In this document: positions 19,134 through 27,926 of the stretch, in pieces
How positions within the stretch are numbered: the first letter of the stretch is position 1
Layout: the number at the start of each line of letters is the position of its first letter
From: Paracoccaceae bacterium
Lineage (GTDB): Bacteria; Pseudomonadota; Alphaproteobacteria; Rhodobacterales; Rhodobacteraceae
DNA length: 64,000 nt
Direction of reading: 5' to 3'
NCBI GenBank assembly: GCA_038144485.1
Contig: JAYQNW010000014.1
Span: 523,530 to 587,529, forward strand
Program-made: the position numbers and the translations under genes
The notes under the pieces: model-generated
What the model was told of the DNA's origin: nothing
What the model saw: the letters and a program-made list of their open reading frames with translations, nothing else
Databases searched by the model: none

Positions 19134-20409
19134 AAGTAGTGCAAAAGTCATAATATTTTTGGTATTTTATCGATTTATTTGGTTTTTATGCATGCCACTT
19201 GTGCTTTGCTTTTTAGTTTACCGTTCAAAACAAGAGCCGGCTTATGCCGAGAAGCTTTTGGAACGTTATGGTATCGGCCAAACGCGAAAAGGCTCTTGGG
19301 TCTGGATACATGCGGTGTCATTGGGTGAATTTCGCTCAGCAATTCCACTGGTGGATAAATTACTGGAGCGAGGCGAACGCGTGATTATTACTCATTTTAC
19401 GCCCGCTGGGCGAGCCGCTTCAGAGAAATATTATGCCGCTCAAATCTCAAGTGGTTGCGTTTTGGTCCATTGGGTGCCGTTTGACTACCGATTAGCGTTT
19501 AAGCGGTTTTTCAGTAATTTCAAGATTAAATACGGTTTAGTAATGGAAGTAGAATTTTGGCCAGGTATGATTTCATCAGCGAGAGCCTTTAACGTTCCTT
19601 TATTCCTATGCAATGGACAATATCCAAACAAAAGTTTTGAACGTGATACACGTAGATATTTTTCGTCAAGAGACATTGTACCTTTGTTGTCTGGGGTATT
19701 GGTTAAGTCACACCAAATGGCAGTTCCTTTTCAAAAGTTGGGTGTAAAGAAAATATCAGTCACTGGTGAAATGCGCTTTGACCAGCCTTTAAATGAAAAT
19801 CAAGTGGTGGCTGGGATACGGTTAAAAGAAATCATCAGTCATAGACCCGTTGTCACAATTGCAAGTGCTGTGAAAGGGGAAGAAAATCTGTTTTTCGAAG
19901 CAGCTATGAAATTAGTGCAAAGGAACCCTCTCGCTATTATTGTATATGTACCTCGAAAACCTGAGGAGTTTGAGGCAATAGCGAGTTATCTTAAGTCGCT
20001 TGGTGTCGCATTTCAGCGTCGCAGCGAAATATTGGATGGTTCACTTAACCTAATTGAAAAGTTACACGCAAACTTCATACTTGGTGACAGTCTCGGCGAA
20101 ATGAACTTCTATATTTCGCTTGCAGATCAAGTAGTAGTTGGCGGAGGCTATGTGAAGCAAGGCTCTCACAATATCATAGAACCAATACTACTTGATAAAC
20201 CAACAATCGTTGGGCCGAACATCTGGACTATCGAATTTCCAGCTGTCGAAGCAATTAATGCGGGTGTTGTAAAATTGGTAAAGCCAAAAGATTTGGCAGG
20301 AGAGTTGCTTGAGCTCTCTAATTATCAACCTACGTCTGAATTTGTTTCAAAAATGCAGGGTAGTACAGAAAATACGTTAACCGCAATTTCTAAGTTTGTT
20401 GAATCCTGA
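19114..20409 (+). CDS. waaA: GT30 3-deoxy-D-manno-octulosonic acid transferase paralogue 2
   Basis: The GTG at 19114 (or 19120) overlaps the end of paralogue 1. Contains QEPAYAEKLLERYG, VWIHAVSLGEF and GGGYVKQGSHNIIEP. Confidence 0.8.
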   Translation: MTVSTIRSSAKVIIFLVFYRFIWFLCMPLVLCFLVYRSKQEPAYAEKLLERYGIGQTRKGSWVWIHAVSLGEFRSAIPLVDKLLERGERVIITHFTPAGRAASEKYYAAQISSGCVLVHWVPFDYRLAFKRFFSNFKIKYGLVMEVEFWPGMISSARAFNVPLFLCNGQYPNKSFERDTRRYFSSRDIVPLLSGVLVKSHQMAVPFQKLGVKKISVTGEMRFDQPLNENQVVAGIRLKEIISHRPVVTIASAVKGEENLFFEAAMKLVQRNPLAIIVYVPRKPEEFEAIASYLKSLGVAFQRRSEILDGSLNLIEKLHANFILGDSLGEMNFYISLADQVVVGGGYVKQGSHNIIEPILLDKPTIVGPNIWTIEFPAVEAINAGVVKLVKPKDLAGELLELSNYQPTSEFVSKMQGSTENTLTAISKFVES

Positions 20410-20501
20410 CTCCTGATATTCGTGTAATATGCAGCTTTACAATTTCAGACATTGGAAAATGTGTTTTCAATACCTCATCAGTCGAACCGTTACGGCTCAA
20501 G

Positions 20502-21617
20502 CTATCTATTTCGAGAAAGAAATGCTTGATAGTTCAGCGACACAAATAAACTCACGAATACTATTAGGATACCCAGAACTGATGAAGAATATAACAAAGG
20601 CCAATAATAGAGTTCTGAATAGGTGATCCCAACAGTTGAACCTTCCAGCAGTTTCAAAACTATCAGGGTAGAAATTGCGAGAGCAATATAGCGGCTGGAT
20701 CCAAACCTACTGAATCCTGCGATATAAAGCATAGGAAAACCTATTAAACTTACGACGAGGGAGAGGATAGCTGTATTTATTCGTTCATGTAAATTTTCAA
20801 CTACTGATGCTATGGGCGCCTTAGATAGTTTACTCGCTATGTCAGGTGTCCTTATTAACAGCATTGTCGGTAGATGATCTACAGCTGGCAGGTTTATGAA
20901 ATCAGTCGTAAATTTAACTGATAGGTCAAAAGTGAGTTCTGAAAATTTGGTTATTGCGATATTATTCTGTGAAGGTTTAAAGCTCTGTATCAGGCCATCG
21001 TTTAGTACAACAATCAACTGCTGCTCACCTTTTATCAATTGAGCAGATTTAGCTGTATAAATATGCGTTAAACTTGGATTTCGATTATCAAAAATTGAAA
21101 TATTTAAAAGTTCACCCTGTAAATTTGTATCTCCAACAAACGTGGTAACGCCGCTAGTCGGGTGTTGAAACTCGCCTTCGTTGAGTAGCTGTGGTCCTAT
21201 GCTGTTGGCAATCGAATGCTTGCGCTCCGCGATCTTCTTATTTGCCATAGGCTTAAAGTATGTAGTCAAAAGCAACATCAAGAGAAATGCAATAAATCCG
21301 AAGTAAAAAAACGCTCTCAATATTCGCCAAGCACTTATGCCCGAGGATGAAAAAACGGTAAATTCACTGTCGTTATTCAGTCTGTGCGCCACAATAACAG
21401 ACGCTGCAAACGCCGCCAACGGGATGCTTCTAGTTAACAACGTTGGGATCGATAAAAACAAAAGTCCGGATACCAAATTCACTGAGTGACCTTGCTGTAC
21501 TATTTCATCAAATAGTTTCAAAGTTGTTTGGAGGAGCATCAATCCTAGGAACACAAGTGTAAAGAAGGCAAAGGATCGCAAGCAGAGTTTTATAATGTAC
21601 CGATCAATCAGAAGCAT
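20502..21617 (-). CDS. LptF/LptG (YjgP/YjgQ) family permease, single copy
   Basis: The ATG at 21617 gives MLLIDRYIIKLCLRSFAFF, the family N-terminus. Layout is three TM helices, a periplasmic beta-jellyroll-sized region, then three TM helices. Confidence 0.75.
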   Translation of the reverse strand: MLLIDRYIIKLCLRSFAFFTLVFLGLMLLQTTLKLFDEIVQQGHSVNLVSGLLFLSIPTLLTRSIPLAAFAASVIVAHRLNNDSEFTVFSSSGISAWRILRAFFYFGFIAFLLMLLLTTYFKPMANKKIAERKHSIANSIGPQLLNEGEFQHPTSGVTTFVGDTNLQGELLNISIFDNRNPSLTHIYTAKSAQLIKGEQQLIVVLNDGLIQSFKPSQNNIAITKFSELTFDLSVKFTTDFINLPAVDHLPTMLLIRTPDIASKLSKAPIASVVENLHERINTAILSLVVSLIGFPMLYIAGFSRFGSSRYIALAISTLIVLKLLEGSTVGITYSELYYWPLLYSSSVLGILIVFVSLFVSLNYQAFLSRNR

Positions 21618-21882
21618 GGTTCGAAATGCCAAATTACCCCATCGTTCAGTTTCGTATCGGATGAATCGAAATAAATGTAAAGTATCACTTCGAATTGTTA
21701 ATTAGCCTGCAGATAGTTTTTTAGAAATCATGGTTTTATCTCTTGCCATTTGGGTATTTCTAATACTTTCTTGTAGATCAATCCTCGCGTTGTAATTTTT
21801 GAAAATTATCGAAAATTGTTTCTGCTACCCTTTATCATTAGCTGCTTGACGCTATGAAATAAAGATCTTACTGCGTATATCC

Positions 21883-22794
21883 ATGAGTTGGTCATTCTAT
21901 AAGTGCACGCGTTCGCATTCGCAACTCGTTTTCCAATACCTCACGTACGTTACCTTTGGGGCCATAGTTGCCTGTCTGAGCCGGCTACCGTATACACAAC
22001 GAATAGCCCTAGGTGGAGTTTGGTTTCAATATATAGTCTCGCCAATTTCAGGGAGTAAAGCTCGCATCAGTGAAAACATTGAGCATGTTTTGCCTAATCT
22101 GGATCTGGAAGATAAGCAAAAAATATTTGGAGGCGTACCAAATAATATTGGGCGCACTTTTACGGAACTTTTTTTTCCAGATGATTTTTTGCGGATCATA
22201 GAATCATGTGAGATTACGGGCGAAGGGTACAATGCATTCAAAGACGCACAGCTCACTGGTCAACCGGTCATTTTGGTTGCTGGCCACTTTGGTAATTACG
22301 ACTCTATCCGTGGACGATTGGTTCTAGAAGGCCATAATATTGGAAGCTTGTATAAACCACTCTCCAATCCTTTTCTAAATCGAATATATGTTTCTAGAAT
22401 TTCGAAAATCGGGTTCCCTTTATTTCCGAACGACAAAGATGGCATGAGACAAATGATACACTCACTGCAACGCGGTGAAACAATCGCCTTGATGGCTGAC
22501 CAGGCCATGAGTTCAGGGACAAAGTTACCATTCATGGGCCGTATGTGTAACACACCGATTTCTGCCGCTAAATTAGCAACAAAATACGGGGCGCTATTGA
22601 TACCGTGTTTATCTAGCCGAAATAAAGACGGAATAACGCACACCTCTGTGATGAAAACGCCTATAACACATACAGATCCTATCGAGATGACAAAACAACT
22701 TAATTCTTTGTTTGAGCAGCATCTACAGGAGAACATCGATCAGTGGCTGTGGACACATCGACGATGGAAAGGATATTATCACTCAGATAGTTAG
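21883..22794 (+). CDS. LpxL/HtrB-type lipid A late acyltransferase (lysophospholipid acyltransferase superfamily)
   Basis: 303 aa with the HX4D motif (AGHFGNYD), ADQA, and the C-terminal WLWTHRRWK typical of this family. Confidence 0.75.
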   Translation: MSWSFYKCTRSHSQLVFQYLTYVTFGAIVACLSRLPYTQRIALGGVWFQYIVSPISGSKARISENIEHVLPNLDLEDKQKIFGGVPNNIGRTFTELFFPDDFLRIIESCEITGEGYNAFKDAQLTGQPVILVAGHFGNYDSIRGRLVLEGHNIGSLYKPLSNPFLNRIYVSRISKIGFPLFPNDKDGMRQMIHSLQRGETIALMADQAMSSGTKLPFMGRMCNTPISAAKLATKYGALLIPCLSSRNKDGITHTSVMKTPITHTDPIEMTKQLNSLFEQHLQENIDQWLWTHRRWKGYYHSDS

Positions 22795-22950
22795 ACAATC
22801 AACCTATTTTGATTATTGGAAGATCACGCTTATTTTCGAATTTCGGCGATGATCGTGTGCCATCGCGATTTTGTTATTATAGGGTTAAGTTCGATATTAA
22901 ATAATCTGATGTTTTCGATGCGCGCGCATTGATCGTTAGTTACTTACGGC

Positions 22951-23742
22951 TTACCAACCGCTAAACCCACCATCCACATTGATGATTTGACCTGTCATGT
23001 AGCGTGCGTTTTCCGAACATAGAAACATCATCACATTTGCAATCTCTTGTGGATTGGCCATGCGACCATTCATGATTAAATCACCAACGCGTTTCTGGAA
23101 TTCATCGGAATGCCCATTGAAGACAGCACCAGGGGCGATTGTGTTTACGTTACAATCCCGTTTGGCCCAATACCCTGCCAACCATAACGTAAGGCCATGA
23201 ATACCAGCCTTTGTCGCGGAATAGGCCGAAAAGGATTTAAACGGCATACCTTCGTAAATTGCGTGGTGTGGTCCATTCAGCGCATACATGGATGCCACGT
23301 TAATCAATTGTGCGGGGTATTTGCCAACGATGTCGCGATCCATCTGTCGGGCGATCATAAATGCCCCCGTCAGGTTCACCCGCATTGTTTTTTCCCAATC
23401 TTGGACCGAGGTATTGGCGAAATCTGGGAATGATTTACCTGCTCCCATCAATAATTCGCCAGTGATTGCGGCGTTGTTCAAAACAACATTTGGGTTCAGC
23501 CCGTCGGCCTGCATCGTTTTAAAAATGGCCTCAATTTCTTCTTCGCGGCTGACGTCCAGATCGTAATAGGCGAAATTCGCATAAGAGCCAAAACGCTCTT
23601 TCATGGCATCTGCGCGGTGACCAGGCAGGTCAGAGGCCACCACAGTCGCACCATTTTCCAATAGGGTATTCACATAGGCTGTGCCCAAGACGCCCCCAGA
23701 CCCAGTAATGAAAATTGTCTTATCGCTTAGGGAGCTGCTCAT
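22951..23742 (-). CDS. SDR-family oxidoreductase
   Basis: 263 aa with TGSGGVLG (TGxxxxxG), NNAA and the YSATK catalytic motif. Confidence 0.85.
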   Translation of the reverse strand: MSSSLSDKTIFITGSGGVLGTAYVNTLLENGATVVASDLPGHRADAMKERFGSYANFAYYDLDVSREEEIEAIFKTMQADGLNPNVVLNNAAITGELLMGAGKSFPDFANTSVQDWEKTMRVNLTGAFMIARQMDRDIVGKYPAQLINVASMYALNGPHHAIYEGMPFKSFSAYSATKAGIHGLTLWLAGYWAKRDCNVNTIAPGAVFNGHSDEFQKRVGDLIMNGRMANPQEIANVMMFLCSENARYMTGQIINVDGGFSGW

Positions 23743-24431
23743 TGGTATTTTTCCTTGATTAAAAATTCGACAATTTTGAAATCGAATTCAGTGTCGATAT
23801 CTAGGCATCTTTCGGTTGGCATAACATAGGGGATCACGTGGCCTTCGTATAAAAAACCAGCGGATCGCAGATAGCTTGGTGCAACGACATAGGTTGAGGC
23901 GGCATGTTCATAAACGGTTGGGGCCTGTTGGCGTGCCACCACATTTCCGGGCAGTGGTTTTGAAACTTGCAGGGACCCTGTTTCACCAACCTCGACCAAA
24001 TTGAAATATGGGTTTTTTCGTGCGTCACAACAGGACATCACCATATCGGGGGCTTGGTCTTTGAATAGCGCCAAAGCGTTGTAGATATCTTCATCCTCGC
24101 GCAGGGGCGAGGTGCAATCCAAATCCAAAAACGCGGTGATTGGCCCCAGCTTTTCTTCGGCAACGTCCAAGGAATGTTGCCATACATTCCATTTTGATGC
24201 GCCATCGGTTGCAAGTTTTTCAGGGCGCAGTCCAATATCCAATGCACCCCGCTTTAGCCCATGTTCGTAAACTTCGGGATCGTCCGTTGAAACAACAACA
24301 GCATCTACATTTTTATTGCGAAAGAGTTGGTCTAGGGACCAGTCGATCAGCGGTTTTCCCGCGATCGGACGAAAGTTTTTCCCCACGACTCCTTTACTTC
24401 CTTTGCGTGCGCCAATGTGCCCTAAAATCAT
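23739..24431 (-). CDS. Acylneuraminate cytidylyltransferase-family CMP-sugar synthetase (NeuA/LegF/PseF-like)
   Basis: 230 aa with the N-terminus GARKGSKGVVGKNFRPIAGKPLIDWSL. 4-nt overlaps on both sides. Confidence 0.8.
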   Translation of the reverse strand: MILGHIGARKGSKGVVGKNFRPIAGKPLIDWSLDQLFRNKNVDAVVVSTDDPEVYEHGLKRGALDIGLRPEKLATDGASKWNVWQHSLDVAEEKLGPITAFLDLDCTSPLREDEDIYNALALFKDQAPDMVMSCCDARKNPYFNLVEVGETGSLQVSKPLPGNVVARQQAPTVYEHAASTYVVAPSYLRSAGFLYEGHVIPYVMPTERCLDIDTEFDFKIVEFLIKEKYQ

Positions 24432-25378
24432 GTTAGGCTTGCCTTTAGTTGTCCTTTAAATTCACGCATTTCCCACGCCTGTGCGATCACATGGCAGACA
24501 TCTTTCACTCTGTCCAGACGTGGGATATGCGGGTTTTTGGTTTCGCGTCCCTCGGCCAGCGCCATGAAATCTGACATAAAGTCCAGAAACATCGTATTTC
24601 GTTCTTGTCCTAAGTTTTGTGTTACACGCTCATCTGCTGTAACATGGGTGAAATTGGCATTTGCGACGTCGTATTCGATTTCTTGTTCCAATCCGATAAT
24701 GTGTCCCCGTCGGATCAGCGCTGGTGCTAGATAATCCATTGCAACGCGTATGTTGCGACCATCGGTCGATGCAAAATCCAATGTGGTTGCAATGTCAACA
24801 CCTGCAAAATCGGGATGTTCAATTGAGCTGACTGAGGATAACGGGGCACTTCCGCAGAGCAAATAGGCCAAATCAATTTCGTGGCATAGGTCTAACAAAA
24901 CTCCACCGCCATCTGGATCGGCAGCGTAGCTATCCGCGAAGTTCCAATTCTGGCGCCATTGGGTCACATCATGTCCAATTTCAAAAGATGCGCGAAAAAT
25001 GTTTTCGACGGGAATGTCCAGCAACTTTCGAACCATCGGGTGATAGCGCATCATAAACCCAGCGACTGACCGTTCTAATGTGGTTTTGGGCAGATCATAT
25101 ATTTGCTGAACATCAAATGTTCGATGGGCTATAGGTTTTTCAATATATAGTGCTGCACCAACTTCAGAACATTTCGTGATTAAATGACGGCGCACCTTAG
25201 TACTCGTGGCGATAATTACTCCGGCTTCTCCCTGACATGCCATTATCTCACATAGTAACTGATCCATGTTCAAGGTTCGCCAGCCGTAATGTGTGACCCG
25301 TGCCCCTAAGGAGTCCAAGTTATTTGCATGGCGGTGCCCAATAGACCCTTTGCCAATTACGAAGTATTGGAATGACAT
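24428..25378 (-). CDS. Gfo/Idh/MocA-family oxidoreductase
   Basis: 316 aa with an N-terminal Rossmann segment (FVIGKGSIGHRHANNL) and EKP. It is the first gene of a three-gene overlapping operon. Confidence 0.7.
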   Translation of the reverse strand: MSFQYFVIGKGSIGHRHANNLDSLGARVTHYGWRTLNMDQLLCEIMACQGEAGVIIATSTKVRRHLITKCSEVGAALYIEKPIAHRTFDVQQIYDLPKTTLERSVAGFMMRYHPMVRKLLDIPVENIFRASFEIGHDVTQWRQNWNFADSYAADPDGGGVLLDLCHEIDLAYLLCGSAPLSSVSSIEHPDFAGVDIATTLDFASTDGRNIRVAMDYLAPALIRRGHIIGLEQEIEYDVANANFTHVTADERVTQNLGQERNTMFLDFMSDFMALAEGRETKNPHIPRLDRVKDVCHVIAQAWEMREFKGQLKASLT

Positions 25379-25498
25379 TGCAATTTTCTTTCACAATTAT
25401 GCTTATTTGATGCCCGACGATGAAAAAAAGAGCAAGTCTTAGGCCATCTTAAATTGATTGTTGAACTTGCTAACATTCAAAGAGAGCCTTAATGAGGC

Positions 25499-27271
25499 TT
25501 GGAACTTCAGAGGTTGTTGATGAACGTGGTTGATATTCCAGACAGCAGGTATTCCATATTAAGTGGGCGTCGCTTATTGAAAGATATGTTGGCTAGAAAT
25601 TGGAAGTTATTAGCCTGCTCGATATTGTTTCTTATTGGTGTCTCAATATTTACCGCTGCGCTTGCGGCTTCGACACGTCTTATTGTGAACGATGTGTTTG
25701 TGGCAGAGGATGCTGATGCTGCCATACGCGTAGCTGGAATTGTAGTTATTGTCGCGTTTTGCAAGGCACTGTTCCAATATGCAAACACTGTGTCCCAAAT
25801 TATGCTGACACGGTCGGTGTCTGTCTCAATTCAAAAACGCCTATATTCTCGTGTGATTCACAATGATGTGGCTGATTTTATCGGAATACATGCGAACGAT
25901 TTGATGGCAAAAATTCGCTTGTACGGTGTTTCTGCTGGAAATGCCTTTGTCATAATCACCAACCGGATGTTGACAGAGGCATTAACCATGATCGCGCTTT
26001 TTGGGGTGATGTTTTATCAAGATGTTTGGATGACATTACTATGTACATTGATATTACCGCTAATTTTTGGGATGGTATCTTATCTGTCACGGAAGGTTCG
26101 TTCAATTTCCGCAGAAGAAGCAACGTTGTCTGGTAGATATTTTGCAATTGGCTCAGAAGCGCTTTCGGGAATTAAAACTGTGAAGAGTTACAGTCTAGAA
26201 CAAAAATCTATCCAACGTTTTAATTCGGCTGTTGATCAACTCGAAAACCGTATATTTTCGATTGTGCGTATCAGTTCAGTCACCGGTCCACTAATGGAAT
26301 TTTTGGGGGGATTGGTAATCGGTACTTTCGTCGTTTACGCTGCGTGGCAGACCATCACAAACGGAAAAACACCTGGTGAGTTTACCGCATTCATTACCGC
26401 ATTCTTGATGGCTTATGAGCCTGCAAAAAAAATCTCTAAGTATTGGGTAGAACTTCAAAAGTCACTGGTCCAGACGGGGAACCTCTACGAGATATTAGAC
26501 GCTGAAAACGCTTTAAATGAAAAGGGCATAATTGGAAATTTGGACGGTTCATCAGTCTTGCGATTTTCAGATGTTTCGTACACCCATGATGGATCCACAA
26601 ACGTTCTTCAAAACATTTCACTCTCAATTTCAGCTGGAGAGTTTGTGGCGGTGGTGGGGAAATCTGGTTCTGGCAAATCGACTCTTATTGATCTGATTAT
26701 GCGTTTTTATGATCCGTCCAACGGAGTTGTTAGCCTTGGTGGACACGATTTACGAGATATCAGTCGACAAAGCTTGAAGCAATTTATTGCACTGGTCTCG
26801 CAAGATGTATTCCTCTTTGACGGTACAATTCGGGAAAACATTAATGATGGTAATGCATCAGCAAGTGTTGAGCAAATTATGAAAGCAATTCAGTTTGCAT
26901 CGCTTCATGATGTAATTTTAGATCTGCCGAGTGGGATAGAAACAGATGTAGGAGCAAACGGTACAAATTTATCAGGTGGTCAAAAACAAAGGGTAGGCAT
27001 TGCGCGTGCAAGGGTCAAAAACGCAAGTTTGTATATTTTTGATGAGGCGACTAGCGCCCTCGACGCGGAAAATGAACGGAACATTCTCGCTAATTTATCT
27101 CAGGTAAAAGGAAACGCAACTATTCTATTTGTTACGCATAGAGCAACAGCTCTCGAATTTGCCGACCGAGTATTATTTTTGGATTCTGGAGAGATTGTGG
27201 GATTTGATACATATAGAGAGCTTTTAAACAGCAATGAAAAATTTAGACTACTGTTTACAGATGCACAATGA
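25499..27271 (+). CDS. MsbA-like ABC exporter (fused TMD-NBD half transporter)
   Basis: 590 aa with six N-terminal TM helices. Walker [18 protein letters not shown], Walker B LYIFDEATSALD. The start could be the ATG at 25520. Confidence 0.8.
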   Translation: MELQRLLMNVVDIPDSRYSILSGRRLLKDMLARNWKLLACSILFLIGVSIFTAALAASTRLIVNDVFVAEDADAAIRVAGIVVIVAFCKALFQYANTVSQIMLTRSVSVSIQKRLYSRVIHNDVADFIGIHANDLMAKIRLYGVSAGNAFVIITNRMLTEALTMIALFGVMFYQDVWMTLLCTLILPLIFGMVSYLSRKVRSISAEEATLSGRYFAIGSEALSGIKTVKSYSLEQKSIQRFNSAVDQLENRIFSIVRISSVTGPLMEFLGGLVIGTFVVYAAWQTITNGKTPGEFTAFITAFLMAYEPAKKISKYWVELQKSLVQTGNLYEILDAENALNEKGIIGNLDGSSVLRFSDVSYTHDGSTNVLQNISLSISAGEFVAVVGKSGSGKSTLIDLIMRFYDPSNGVVSLGGHDLRDISRQSLKQFIALVSQDVFLFDGTIRENINDGNASASVEQIMKAIQFASLHDVILDLPSGIETDVGANGTNLSGGQKQRVGIARARVKNASLYIFDEATSALDAENERNILANLSQVKGNATILFVTHRATALEFADRVLFLDSGEIVGFDTYRELLNSNEKFRLLFTDAQ

Positions 27272-27325
27272 AGGCGATTTTAAACATGCATAGCATTTTA
27301 TTTTACTATCTGACAGTTAAACTTT

Positions 27326-27904
27326 TCACATATCTTTTTTGAGATGATCTGCAGCTTTGATACGAGATAATAATTGTATGGCATCTGCAGATCCCCAATC
27401 GGCATCTCCTAATAGGCGACCAATCTCCTCACCAGATTTTGATATAATCAAGGTCGTCGGTAAACCTAAAACCCCCATCGAACGGGATAAGGCACCATTA
27501 GGGTCGTTATGCTGCGACAGGTTTTGAACGTCGATCTTGTAGAAAAACGATTGAATGGATTTTGGACTGTTGCGCATGGTCGCGATCGTGACAACTTCGA
27601 ATGTCTCGTCGCCAAGTTCGTTTTGCAGCTTTGACAGGCTTGGCATTTCTTTGCGACACGGGGCACACCATGTGGCCCAAAAATTCAACACCACTGTCTT
27701 GCCGCGATAGGTTAATAAATTTGTTTCCTGACCTGCATCGTCAAAATAGGTGACGGAACTGACCATTGCATCAGATTTGGCCCAAGCCAGTTTTCGCATG
27801 TCACCCGTTTTCAGAGCATCAAACTGTGATGCGTCGATGGCAAAAGCGGTGTTTGCACCCAGACCCAAGGCCGTATAAAGAAACAGTGACCTAAGTAATT
27901 TCAT
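27326..27904 (-). CDS. tlpA: TlpA-family periplasmic thiol:disulfide oxidoreductase
   Basis: The ATG at 27904 gives the signal peptide [27 protein letters not shown] active site present. The longer track ORF to 28135 overlaps argH and is rejected. Confidence 0.85.
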   Translation of the reverse strand: MKLLRSLFLYTALGLGANTAFAIDASQFDALKTGDMRKLAWAKSDAMVSSVTYFDDAGQETNLLTYRGKTVVLNFWATWCAPCRKEMPSLSKLQNELGDETFEVVTIATMRNSPKSIQSFFYKIDVQNLSQHNDPNGALSRSMGVLGLPTTLIISKSGEEIGRLLGDADWGSADAIQLLSRIKAADHLKKDM

Positions 27905-27926
27905 AAATCCTCCGAAAGGCGTCAAC

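Larger units (their letters stand above)
14051..27325. other. AT-rich glycolipid (LPS inner-core/lipid-A-like) gene block, possibly acquired horizontally
   Basis: Twelve envelope-glycolipid genes lie between conserved aapP and tlpA/argH. My spot counts of single 60-nt lines give about 40-42 percent G+C inside and about 47-52 percent in the flanks. No mobility genes seen. Confidence 0.55.

Noticed and set aside
20429-20626. 65-aa plus-strand ORF after waaA paralogue 2.
   Set aside because: It overlaps the 3' end of the LptF/G-family gene on the other strand and has no motifs or RBS.
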